From NCBI GenBank assembly GCA_030603385.1, contig JAUVXW010000001.1, positions 32,001 through 96,000 on the forward strand: a stretch of DNA of 64,000 bases. Direction: 5' to 3'. Below are positions 42,340-51,535 of this stretch, one piece after another. Positions within the stretch are counted from its first letter, which is position 1. Each line of letters begins with the position of its first letter. The notes beneath the pieces were generated by a model that saw only the letters and a program-made list of their open reading frames with translations, had not been told where the DNA came from and made no database searches. A program made the translations under genes and the position numbers. This stretch comes from Promethearchaeota archaeon (GTDB taxonomy: Archaea > Asgardarchaeota > Lokiarchaeia > Sigyniarchaeales > SOKP01).

Positions 42340-44397
42340 TCAAGATTCAATGTCATGAACTAAGATTCCGTTTGTTGAGATAAACCAGCCATTGTCAGTC
42401 TTTATATTAAAGATATCATGATTTTTCTTAATTTTTTTTATAGATTTGATTTTTACGGGAGTTGTACTATTGAATTTGAGAAGCCCCATGAATTTTCTTT
42501 TATAATGTTTTCCTTTGGTCTCTACTATGCGATGACAATTATCTGAAGGAGAAGAATTGTGAATAGAAACAAATTGCCCAATTGCTCCTAACATACTCAC
42601 TAAATCATTTTTTAATTGTTTACTTACTGTTGTAAATCTTCTTAATCCATTTGGTAATTGATCACCATCACCCTTATAGTATGCATCTAAAAAAGCGTTT
42701 ATCCTGTCATTTGTTAATAATTCAAATGGAATTCTCTTATTTTGAGCTAACTTTGAGCATAAATTTGTGGTTAATTCCATCAACATATTTGAATTTATTC
42801 TAATCATGTTATTTCCGTTATTTGTCACAGGAAAATTTAATTGTTCAAGAAGATTAATGATTTCTCTCCAGTTTTCGTAATTTTTACTTTTTGATTGGCT
42901 AATCTGAATCCTATTTTTATCTGTACTACCTTCTGAAGCATACCAACCCAAATATCTGAAGAAATCATTAGTTAATGGAACAATTGAGGAATACCAATAC
43001 CCAACTCTTTCATGAATTTTTATTAAAATTTCAATATTTTTTCTCCTCGCTTCATTTTCAAGTAATTGTCTTTCCGAATTTGATAAATTCGACCAGATTG
43101 TTCTATATATTTTAGCTACCTTAGAATATTGAAATTTAGAATTAATTAGTTGTATTAACGGATCATTGGTCTGTTGATTTGTCCTATATGAGAATTTTAG
43201 ATATTCATTCCTCTTTATTCCAACCCATCGATTCTCCCAATTTAGGAAGCTAGGAATAAAAATAAGATCTAGAACATTTGAAGAGAGTAGAATCTTATGG
43301 AGCACCAGCAAATTATCTTCTTTATTTAGATCTCGAGCCTTGGTATATTTAACATACCAATCATTTAATGTGGAATCATAGGATTTATTGCGAATTCGAA
43401 TCACCATTTTAGGAATTATTTGATCTGGAGTGCAAGTAATGTGTCTTCCATCAGATAAACGAATATTTAGTAAGTTTGAAGATTTACTTCTTGTAAAATC
43501 CCTAATATGTATAAATTTTGGAGCCCCAAATAACTTACCTTTTTTGTTGATTGATAATATTTTTAAATTTTGCCATGAATTCTCTAGAAATCCAATTTGA
43601 ACCTTGTTAACTATCCCCTTTGTATCCTTTACCACTATTTCCTCATCATAAGGAAGCCCACTTTTGATTTTCTTGTTTCTAGATTGATAACCTGAATCAA
43701 TTTCCTCAAATGGATAATTCTTTAAGTTTTTAATTATTGTAGCTTCAAATTTTGGAAGACCTTTCATTTCCCACATCTCCGAAACTAATTTAAACACGGT
43801 TTTTGTCAGCCATAATAAAAAAATTTTAACATGTGCATGATATTTTTGATCTAATTGAATTTTATTTTGCAATAATTTAAGCCAATCTTCAAATTCCTCA
43901 ATACTAAGTCTAAATAAATTTCCTAATAATTTATTGCTTATACGTTTATTAATTATTGGTTTAAGGTAATTTGCTAAATCATAGAGTAAGGATTTTGTTA
44001 GGTTCACTCGACATATGAAAGTATTTGCATTTTGTTCCCATGTTCTTATAAAAAGGTAGATTAAGCGAGAGATAACAATAATTAAATTTTCTTTAAAAAT
44101 TTGAGGGAAATCATTGTCTCCCAAAATCAAAGCTACAGAGATTTTTTGAGATTTCCTTATCTTAATGACTCTTCTAATTAAGGATTTCGTCTTTGGACCT
44201 AAATTTTCTTTTGTGTTTATAGTAATATCATTATTATGCCAATCTCTACAATTAATGCTTGAATAATTAATTTCTAATCCACAAAATTCACATAAAGCAA
44301 ATTCTTTATTTTCTGTGATTCTTTGAATGATTTCATATGGTATTTCCCAACCACAATATTTACAGAAATTTGTAGATTTTTTTCCTTTTTCGATCAT
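42340..44397 (-). CDS. Zinc finger + helical domain + non-splicing Hint/LAGLIDADG (intein-derived) endonuclease
   Basis: N-terminal CKYC-x20-CEFC. Intein block A GLPYDEEIVV (aa 247), block B LSDGRHITCTPDQ, LAGLIDADG motifs YLGWYASEGS and FLDAYYKGDG, blocks F/G IFNIKTDNGWFISTNGILVHD, then IES and stop. Confidence 0.85.
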   Translation of the reverse strand: MIEKGKKSTNFCKYCGWEIPYEIIQRITENKEFALCEFCGLEINYSSINCRDWHNNDITINTKENLGPKTKSLIRRVIKIRKSQKISVALILGDNDFPQIFKENLIIVISRLIYLFIRTWEQNANTFICRVNLTKSLLYDLANYLKPIINKRISNKLLGNLFRLSIEEFEDWLKLLQNKIQLDQKYHAHVKIFLLWLTKTVFKLVSEMWEMKGLPKFEATIIKNLKNYPFEEIDSGYQSRNKKIKSGLPYDEEIVVKDTKGIVNKVQIGFLENSWQNLKILSINKKGKLFGAPKFIHIRDFTRSKSSNLLNIRLSDGRHITCTPDQIIPKMVIRIRNKSYDSTLNDWYVKYTKARDLNKEDNLLVLHKILLSSNVLDLIFIPSFLNWENRWVGIKRNEYLKFSYRTNQQTNDPLIQLINSKFQYSKVAKIYRTIWSNLSNSERQLLENEARRKNIEILIKIHERVGYWYSSIVPLTNDFFRYLGWYASEGSTDKNRIQISQSKSKNYENWREIINLLEQLNFPVTNNGNNMIRINSNMLMELTTNLCSKLAQNKRIPFELLTNDRINAFLDAYYKGDGDQLPNGLRRFTTVSKQLKNDLVSMLGAIGQFVSIHNSSPSDNCHRIVETKGKHYKRKFMGLLKFNSTTPVKIKSIKKIKKNHDIFNIKTDNGWFISTNGILVHDIES

Positions 44398-44437
44398 TTA
44401 ATTTCATTATTTACATTTATATTTAAAAAAAAATAAT

Positions 44438-44462
44438 TAGTCTTTATTATCTCTAAAGACTA
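44438..44462. promoter_or_regulatory. Inverted repeat next to the endonuclease promoter (possible operator)
   Basis: TAGTCTTTA-N7-TAAAGACTA lies just upstream of a minus-strand TATA box (TTTAAATATAAA, 44416-44427). Confidence 0.4.
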
Positions 44463-44628
44463 TTAGAATTTTCTTACACCTTCGGTTATATTATGTATAT
44501 TCTCTATAGGTTTATTATTATTTTATATAAATCTAAGAAAATATTTTTTATAAAGAAGAAGAGAGAATAGAAAAACGATAAAACTGAATATATTTTTCTA
44601 CGGAATAATTATATTGAATTTAAAATAA

Positions 44629-44914
44629 GCAAAAAAACTTGGAAAATTATACCAAAGTTGTTCCTCAGCATGTTAGAGCAGCTAAAGAATTAATGAAGGT
44701 CACAGGAAAAACATATCAAAAAGGTGAAACAATTAGTTTCATCAAAAGTAAAGGGGCACTCGGAGCTAAAGCAATTGAACTTGCTAAACTCCAAGACATT
44801 GATACTAACAAATATAAAGAACTTTTAAAATCTGCTTTAGAACAGGTCTTAGATGCTCTTGGTATTACTTTTGAAGAAATTAGGGGAATTAAAAAGATGG
44901 ACGCCTTTTTCTAA
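44629..44914 (+). pseudogene. Orphan (displaced) 3' end of polB1
   Basis: QKNLENYTKVVPQHVRAA...LGITFEEIRGIKKMDAFF is 53/84 aa identical (hand count) to the C-terminus of the upstream PolB1. An in-frame stop lies at 44621-44623 just before it. Confidence 0.88.
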
Positions 44915-45139
44915 ATTATTTGGCAATACAAAAAAAAGAATATAATTATATGTAATTATATTATTTTGAAATGGCCATGATTCATGGACCTGATAACATA
45001 GGTTATTACACAATTTTTTTTTACCAACATTAGAAATTTAGTTGAGTTATAATATTTTTATACTAAAAATGTTTACTTTCTTTTTAAAAGTAAATAGTTT
45101 AATTTAAATAATTTAAATTTTAATAGTTAATTGGATTAG

Positions 45140-45490
45140 ATGAATTTTAATCAGGATGAGATTATTAAAGAAGTTTTTGAAAAAAAGAATCAAATAAATT
45201 CTAATACATTTACCATAACACGTTTCATTTTACTCACTTTGCTTTCATATTTCATTGATGGTCTTCAATTTCGTGAGTTAAAAGCATCATTAAAAATCTC
45301 AGATGGGAATATAGCATCAAATCTTCTTTATTTAACAAAGATGGGATATATTAATAAAAATGCATTAGAATTTGATAATAAAAAATTACATTATTATACC
45401 ATTACGGAGAATGGAAAAGAAGAATTAAAAAAAATATTAAATTGGATGGAATTAATAAAAAAACTTTTGGGGGAGACTAATGATGAGTGA
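45140..45490 (+). CDS. Winged-HTH transcriptional regulator (MarR/ArsR-like)
   Basis: FRELKASLKISDGNIASNLLYL..GYI and YTITENG motifs. Confidence 0.85.
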   Translation: MNFNQDEIIKEVFEKKNQINSNTFTITRFILLTLLSYFIDGLQFRELKASLKISDGNIASNLLYLTKMGYINKNALEFDNKKLHYYTITENGKEELKKILNWMELIKKLLGETNDE

Positions 45491-46028
45491 AGATTTTAAA
45501 AAAGTTATTTCAGTTCTAAAATATTGGGATATGTATTTGGAACGGCCTAATAGAAATTATGGTTCTCGGTTTAAAATTCAAAAATTAACTTATTTATGTA
45601 AATCAATGGGATTTCCTCTCAAATATCAATTTACCTTATATATTAGTGGACCATATAGTACAGGATTAACCCGAGACTATTTTAATGCACCTCAATTAAT
45701 AGAAACGCTTGAAACAGATTATATTTTAAATGAAGTTGATTTAGAAATTTTAGATAAAATTAATGAATATGTGCTTATTCATCCGATCACTAATAATTAT
45801 GAATCAGAGTTTTTAGAAGCAGTATCAACAGTTGATTATTTAAAAAAAAGATATCCTGACATGTTAGATGATGAAATATTTGCAAAAACTAAAGAAGTTA
45901 AACAATATTTAAAAGATTCTATAGTTGTCATTGCTATTAATACTGTAAAAAAACTATTATTTAAACCAGAGTTCTTAACTGAAGAAGTTCAAGAGGAAAT
46001 TGACATCTGGGATAAAGCAGAAGATTAA
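45480..46028 (+). CDS. Panacea/SocA-like (DUF4065) antitoxin
   Basis: KIQKLTYL...YQFTLYISGPYS..L signature. It lies directly upstream of a toxin gene. Confidence 0.7.
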   Translation: MMSEDFKKVISVLKYWDMYLERPNRNYGSRFKIQKLTYLCKSMGFPLKYQFTLYISGPYSTGLTRDYFNAPQLIETLETDYILNEVDLEILDKINEYVLIHPITNNYESEFLEAVSTVDYLKKRYPDMLDDEIFAKTKEVKQYLKDSIVVIAINTVKKLLFKPEFLTEEVQEEIDIWDKAED

Positions 46029-46042
46029 CATCTGGGGATATT

Positions 46043-46411
46043 ATGGAACGATGGAGAAGGTTTCAAATAAAAAGGCGAGAAATATGGGATGTTAAATTAA
46101 GTTATCCTGGTGAAGGAGTTGGCCATGAAGAAAGATTTCCACATCCTTGTATTGTTATTAAATATAACAAATTTGTGGATATGGCAACTATTATACCTTT
46201 AACGAGTAATGTACAAGCATTAAAGGATTTTCCATATACCCATATAATAAATCCTAATACTTCAAATGGTTTAACTAATCAATCAATTGTAATGATATAT
46301 CAAGTTCGATCTTTAAGTAAACAACGTTTTTTACGAAAAAAAGGGAGAGTAATAAGAGACAATTATGATAAGATTCAAACTATTTTTAAAGATTATTTTC
46401 AACTATATTAA
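46043..46411 (+). CDS. mazF: PemK/MazF family endoribonuclease toxin
   Basis: REIWDVKL, GHEE..HPCIVI, IIPLTS, NGL..S and QVRSLSKQRF motifs. Confidence 0.88.
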   Translation: MERWRRFQIKRREIWDVKLSYPGEGVGHEERFPHPCIVIKYNKFVDMATIIPLTSNVQALKDFPYTHIINPNTSNGLTNQSIVMIYQVRSLSKQRFLRKKGRVIRDNYDKIQTIFKDYFQLY

Positions 46412-46488
46412 AAACAATTTTATTTTTTCTCCTGAATCAACAACAATTAGAAAAACAAAAAAAGAATAAAATTAGTTTTAATTTTTAT

Positions 46489-46902
46489 CTACTTCTTACT
46501 GAATTCGTTTGGATTTCCTCCAGTTTCAAGATATTCAGCATATTTTTTTAAACTTTTTAACAGCATCTCCCCTGCTATTCCTAATATCTGTTCTTGGCTT
46601 GCATCGTCAAATTCTGCCCAAATTGTTGCCTCAACAACATCTCCTTTTGGTTTTAAAGCATATCCCAAACTTGTCATTGGACTACCCTCTTGAGTTGCTG
46701 ATAAACTCTCAGGGGGGTTTGTTTCTATACGAGTCGATGTTACGTCTCCAACATTCGTTTTAAAAAAATAGTTACCTGGACCAAGTTCTTTGACTTCATT
46801 AACTACGATATTCCACCTAGGATAATCGTTGTCTTCATCTATGATCTTAAAAATTCTCTCTTGAGATGCGGAAATATCAACTTTTTTTTCTACACGTGGC
46901 AT
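46489..46902 (-). CDS. SRPBCC/polyketide cyclase fold protein
   Basis: VEKKVDISASQERIFKII..YPRW and C-terminal LKSLKKYAE. Confidence 0.8.
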   Translation of the reverse strand: MPRVEKKVDISASQERIFKIIDEDNDYPRWNIVVNEVKELGPGNYFFKTNVGDVTSTRIETNPPESLSATQEGSPMTSLGYALKPKGDVVEATIWAEFDDASQEQILGIAGEMLLKSLKKYAEYLETGGNPNEFSKK

Positions 46903-47004
46903 AAAATTAACACCTTATGAAATTCAATTGAAATCTTTATAATTTCGATTAAATATCTTTAGAACGAGATAATTTATAAAACTTTATTTTTTTAAGATAC
47001 TCCA

Positions 47005-48087
47005 TTACAAGATATAATACAATAAGCCCATTATCAAGGCACTAAAAATGGGATTTAGAATATTATCATCTATCTTATGATTTGAAACATCAATTATAAG
47101 GAATGTTATTGCTCCACTAAATGAGATTACTAAAATCTCAAATAATATTAACGAACTTTCAAATATCCACAAAGAAATGAATGCAATACCGAATGAAGTC
47201 AGAAATCCTGCGATATAACCAATAATAGTCTTTTCTGATGATTTAGGATAATGAATCTTTCCAAATTGAAGACCAAAAACAGATGCGGCACCATCCCCTA
47301 ACGTTGCAATCAGAGAAGCTGCTGCAAAAATACCAAACGGAAAAATAAAAATAGGGGCAAATGATAAAGCTAGTATTAATGGTTTAATATAATTATAATT
47401 TTCATTTCGCTTCATAGTCTTTCCTAATAGATTCAATACATTCTCAGGGATCAAATGGAATAAGTTATGATTTTCGAAAATAAATGATAATCTGATATAA
47501 TCTAATCCCCCTAAGATTAATATACCTGAATAACCAGCAGTTAAAATTAAAAAAAGACCAAACTGCTGGCCAGTAATTCTCCATACCTCATCAGCATTCC
47601 ATAGACCAGCCCATATATAAACAGCAAAAATCCACAGAAAAATAATAATTCCTGCTGGGAATAAATGTAAAGCTTTTCGGTGGATATCCGTTTTAATTTT
47701 ATGAGATCTTAAACTGTTTAGGTCGTCTTCTTGTTTATCAAACTTATTTAAAAAGCTCTTAATATTTCTCCTTTCCTTAATATCTGGATCATTCCTTAGT
47801 ACTACTCGGTGTTGATAAAAAAATATCAAGAAAATCAAAAAGGGTGTAATTATACAAATAAAAAACATGGATAGGATTTGAAACAACCTAAAATGTGGAT
47901 TACTTAAAGATAAATACAATGGATATATTAGTCCCGCGATAATCCATAAGAAGAAAGTCAAAATACAGTTTACAAAATTATGTTCCTTAGGAAATTTCTG
48001 ATTCAGTTTAATAGCATAGTAAAACAAGCCAAATCCGCTAAATATAAAGAGAATTGTTACTGGCAATAATACTATGTCATATACCAT
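47005..48087 (-). CDS. Polyprenol/phytol/dolichol kinase family membrane protein
   Basis: RKALH, GDGAASVFG, KTIIG and IDDN motifs. Confidence 0.82.
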   Translation of the reverse strand: MVYDIVLLPVTILFIFSGFGLFYYAIKLNQKFPKEHNFVNCILTFFLWIIAGLIYPLYLSLSNPHFRLFQILSMFFICIITPFLIFLIFFYQHRVVLRNDPDIKERRNIKSFLNKFDKQEDDLNSLRSHKIKTDIHRKALHLFPAGIIIFLWIFAVYIWAGLWNADEVWRITGQQFGLFLILTAGYSGILILGGLDYIRLSFIFENHNLFHLIPENVLNLLGKTMKRNENYNYIKPLILALSFAPIFIFPFGIFAAASLIATLGDGAASVFGLQFGKIHYPKSSEKTIIGYIAGFLTSFGIAFISLWIFESSLILFEILVISFSGAITFLIIDVSNHKIDDNILNPIFSALIMGLLYYIL

Positions 48088-48175
48088 GATATCTTTTAGT
48101 AAAATGCTATTTCAAAAATATCTTATGGAAAAATTATTTTCTAGAAGATATATAAAAAAAAATTAAATATTAATT

Positions 48176-49090
48176 CTAAATTATCTGAACTTCTTTTTTT
48201 AAGTGTTTTTGAATAAATACCCCAATTTTTTCAGTTGCTTTCTGACCTTCTGGCGCCCACGAAGCAAACATTTGAAACATATGAATCATATCTTCCCATA
48301 TATCTAAAATAACATCAACTCCAGCAGCTTTTGCTTTTTCTGCAATTCGAGTAGAGTCATTTAGCAAAATTTCTGCACTACCTACTTGTATTAACATAGG
48401 TGGTAATCCTTTGAGATCAGCATATAATGGTGATATAAAAGGATTCTTGGGATCATCCTCTCCGATATATAAAGAAGCCAAAAAGAAAAGATCACTTGCA
48501 CTCGCAAGTGGATCTACTTTTGCTTTTGTTATAATTGATTCTCCAGTCATAAGTAAATCTACCCATGGTGAAAGTATAATTGCTGCGGCAGGCAATGTGA
48601 TACCAGTGTCTCGTAATTTCAAAAGTGTTGCGAATGTTAAACCACCTCCAGCTGATTCACCTCCGATTATTACATTTTTAGGATTAATTCCCTCACTATC
48701 GATCAGCCACTTGTAAGCAGCAACAGCATCCTCTAAAGCTGCAGGATAAGGATTTTCAGGTGCTAGGCGGTAACCTAATAATAAAACTCGCGAATTTGAG
48801 ACCCGAGAAATCCTTGAACCAAACTCCTTATGTGTATTGATTGAACCCTGAACATAACCTCCCCCATGTAAATATAGGACAACAAATTCCTCTACAACTT
48901 CAGGGGTGCTTATCCATACGGCAGGGACACCGCTAACATCGACATTCTCAATTTTCACATCATTTGGAATTTGTAGCATAGCTTCTAATTGATCAAAACC
49001 AGCACGACCTTCTTCTACTCTTTTTTTCGTAGCAACTTCTCCTTGTTGCGATAACATTTTTATAAGTCTTTCCAGACCTTCACTAACCAT
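48176..49090 (-). CDS. Alpha/beta hydrolase (HSL-family esterase)
   Basis: HGGGY, YRLAPENPYPAA, GESAGG and HMFQ motifs. Confidence 0.93.
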   Translation of the reverse strand: MVSEGLERLIKMLSQQGEVATKKRVEEGRAGFDQLEAMLQIPNDVKIENVDVSGVPAVWISTPEVVEEFVVLYLHGGGYVQGSINTHKEFGSRISRVSNSRVLLLGYRLAPENPYPAALEDAVAAYKWLIDSEGINPKNVIIGGESAGGGLTFATLLKLRDTGITLPAAAIILSPWVDLLMTGESIITKAKVDPLASASDLFFLASLYIGEDDPKNPFISPLYADLKGLPPMLIQVGSAEILLNDSTRIAEKAKAAGVDVILDIWEDMIHMFQMFASWAPEGQKATEKIGVFIQKHLKKEVQII

Positions 49091-49199
49091 TTGAGATTTC
49101 CCTCTGTAAACTTTTTAATAATAGATTTTAGTAAAATAAGTAGTTTTTATGAGTAAAAAAATATATCTGAAAAAAATAATAAGAAAAAGGCTAGAAGAA

Positions 49200-49406
49200 T
49201 TAAATAATAAATTTGATAATTAGATAGAGTCCAATGGCTATTAATATTACAGAGACGATTATAATAATTGCCATTCCAGTTAGCTTTAGTTGATCAACCC
49301 ATACATCCCATTGGGTAATTACGAGGGATAGAAGAATGACACCAAAAGCTATCATGAATAGTCCAACCCCAATCAAAACTAAACTTGATTTCGTAGAATC
49401 TTTCAT
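49200..49406 (-). CDS. Small 2-TM membrane protein
   Basis: Two hydrophobic helices, with an SD-like GGATGTGA upstream. Confidence 0.65.
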   Translation of the reverse strand: MKDSTKSSLVLIGVGLFMIAFGVILLSLVITQWDVWVDQLKLTGMAIIIIVSVILIAIGLYLIIKFII

Positions 49407-49507
49407 AATTACTCACATCCTCTATTATTATTAGAAAAACAGAATAATAAAATTAATGAAAAAAATAACTAAAAATTAAAAAATATAATAATATAGATAA
49501 AAAAGAG

Positions 49508-49795
49508 TTATAATCCTAATAACAATATTTTATCGACTGCTTCATGCACTTTTTTTAAATTATCTTCTCCGAGAGCTTCATCAACCTTAACTTTAAGATT
49601 TAAAAGAGTTCCAACACCAGTTACTAACGTATTCTGTATAAAATTATTAAAAATACTCTTCTCTGCGTTCTTATTCTTGAATTCTTCGACTCTATCGAGC
49701 ATTATTTGTTCGTATTCTTTTGCAGTACTAGTTTTTAGCTCTACTAATTTGCGGATCTTCTTCCCATCTTTGTCTTCAATATATTCATCAGACAT
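49508..49795 (-). CDS. Hypothetical protein abutting the tetraether synthase gene
   Basis: The ATG immediately follows the TAA of the radical SAM gene. Confidence 0.7.
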   Translation of the reverse strand: MSDEYIEDKDGKKIRKLVELKTSTAKEYEQIMLDRVEEFKNKNAEKSIFNNFIQNTLVTGVGTLLNLKVKVDEALGEDNLKKVHEAVDKILLLGL

Positions 49796-51535
49796 TTACG
49801 CATCACTCTCCTTTTTCATTCCACCGTTTCGGGCTACTTCTTGCTGTATTTCTTCAACTGTTTGGCCTGTAGTGGTATCAAATTCATTTCTAACTTTGGC
49901 AGTTATTTGTTTAGCAATTTGTTTTTCAATTTCAGGCCTGTGAATTGTATTCATAGTGCAGAAACTGACCTCTTTTACTGTGCCATCTGGCATTGCTACC
50001 CCGAAATGTACAATACATCTCTTCACTCTTTCAAGATCCATATTATATGCGTCTTGGAAATGCATTGAGCTGAGAAGAAGTGTACCGTAGCTAAATGAAC
50101 TTATGCTCTCCCAATCACCATTAATTAGCACTCTACTGAACATTTCCATTAATTTACCCGGCTTTTTTGCGTATTGCAGTATACCGAGTAGAAATCGTGC
50201 CCGAAGTTGTGTTTTATCAAGAAAATTTAAACCCTTGTCCAATGTTTCTCCAATTCCTTCCCCTAAGAGATCAGTAAATAATTTAATAGGTTTCTTCTCT
50301 TTATGCTTAATTTTTTCCCAAAATTTATTTGCGAAATCGATAATCTTCAGTGGGTCAAAATATTCCATTATTGGCATCATCTCGCCCGTATCGGGATCTA
50401 TTGCCATATATGAAGCGAAGCCACAGTCAGGATGGCACGTAAACTCGATTGGATCAACATCAGCAAGGTAAGCGATTATTCTACCCATTTCCACGATAGT
50501 GCTCAAAGGATACCATGCATTCTCCATGCTAATCCTTCCCCCTGTCTGTTCCTCTATTTTCTTAAGAATATCTGCGTTTGTAATTCTCAATTCCTCACGT
50601 TCTTCGAAGGCTATTCGGCCACAGAGCGAAACGGGCTGAAATGTTATGCCTCGTACTGTATCAATATTGTCAATAGCGTATTGGATGATGTTACCAACTT
50701 CAATATCTGTAACTCCACTTGCAATCGTTGCTACTAATACAATAGAATTGAGTCCTGCTTCACGGCAATTGTCAATAACTCTTTGCTTATACGGCATTAA
50801 ATTTTTAATCCCGCGAGTCTTCTCATATGTCGCATCGTTTATGCCATCGAATTGGAAGTATAATGTGTCTAAACCAGCTTCTTTCACCTTTTTAGTCCAC
50901 TCGAGGCCACCCTTTTTGGATTGAAAGCCATAACCATTTGTAGCTACAATAACTTCCATGAAACCATGATCCTTAGCCATTTTACAAATCTCAGGAAAAT
51001 CTTTTCTAACAGTTGGTTCTCCACCTGTGAACATGATAGCAATAGCCGGTATCGGTTTGCTCCTGAAATGTGTCATAATTCTATCAATTTCTTCTAAGGT
51101 TGGTTCCACAAGGTAACCACTCTGTAAAACATTAGCATAACAAAAGTTACAGTTAAAATTACAACGATTTGTAAGATCTATCAAGGCTAATGAACAAGTT
51201 GAAATGTGTTGTTCACACAATCCACAATTGTAAGGACAACCTCTTGGATCTTCACCAATACAATCAGGAGGATTAGATTCTCCATCCTTATCAAATTTCC
51301 AAATAATATTTCCATTTTCATCTTTGATAGCCCAATGAGTCCATTTATAATATTTTGCGGAACTGCTGATTTTATCCTTGAAATCCCCATGATCAGGACA
51401 GGTTTTTCTCATAAAAATTTGATCATCTTCTTCATAAACCTCAGCATCAATACGTTCTAAGCATTCTGGACAAACACTCTGAGTCTTTCTATAATATTTC
51501 TCGTTTATATAATCGGAATCGTTTAAATGGTACAT
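49796..51535 (-). CDS. tes: Radical SAM tetraether lipid synthase (Tes/GDGT-MAS, MJ0619 family)
   Basis: CPEC..CPDH, CPYNCGLCEQH, CNFNCNFC, CHPDC, MHFQDAYNMDLERVKRC and FC motifs. Confidence 0.88.
   Translation of the reverse strand: MYHLNDSDYINEKYYRKTQSVCPECLERIDAEVYEEDDQIFMRKTCPDHGDFKDKISSSAKYYKWTHWAIKDENGNIIWKFDKDGESNPPDCIGEDPRGCPYNCGLCEQHISTCSLALIDLTNRCNFNCNFCYANVLQSGYLVEPTLEEIDRIMTHFRSKPIPAIAIMFTGGEPTVRKDFPEICKMAKDHGFMEVIVATNGYGFQSKKGGLEWTKKVKEAGLDTLYFQFDGINDATYEKTRGIKNLMPYKQRVIDNCREAGLNSIVLVATIASGVTDIEVGNIIQYAIDNIDTVRGITFQPVSLCGRIAFEEREELRITNADILKKIEEQTGGRISMENAWYPLSTIVEMGRIIAYLADVDPIEFTCHPDCGFASYMAIDPDTGEMMPIMEYFDPLKIIDFANKFWEKIKHKEKKPIKLFTDLLGEGIGETLDKGLNFLDKTQLRARFLLGILQYAKKPGKLMEMFSRVLINGDWESISSFSYGTLLLSSMHFQDAYNMDLERVKRCIVHFGVAMPDGTVKEVSFCTMNTIHRPEIEKQIAKQITAKVRNEFDTTTGQTVEEIQQEVARNGGMKKESDA

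Larger units (their letters stand above)
41992..44628. mobile_element. Putative 3'-end-replacement homing element in polB1 (replacement polB1 3' end plus intein-derived endonuclease gene)
   Basis: The duplicated polB1 3' end flanks a free-standing LAGLIDADG gene. Homology restarts at GCAAAAA (41992 and 44629). The left boundary is a minimum estimate. Confidence 0.7.

Noticed and set aside
42340-44397. A conventional intein in a host protein, or an intein within polB1
   Set aside because: It is on the opposite strand and outside polB1, lacks the splicing residues, and has only 3 residues after the intein end.
44639-44914. Second subunit of a split PolB, or an independent 91-aa gene
   Set aside because: The upstream polB1 is already complete. 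Homology starts three codons before the TTG, and there is no SD.
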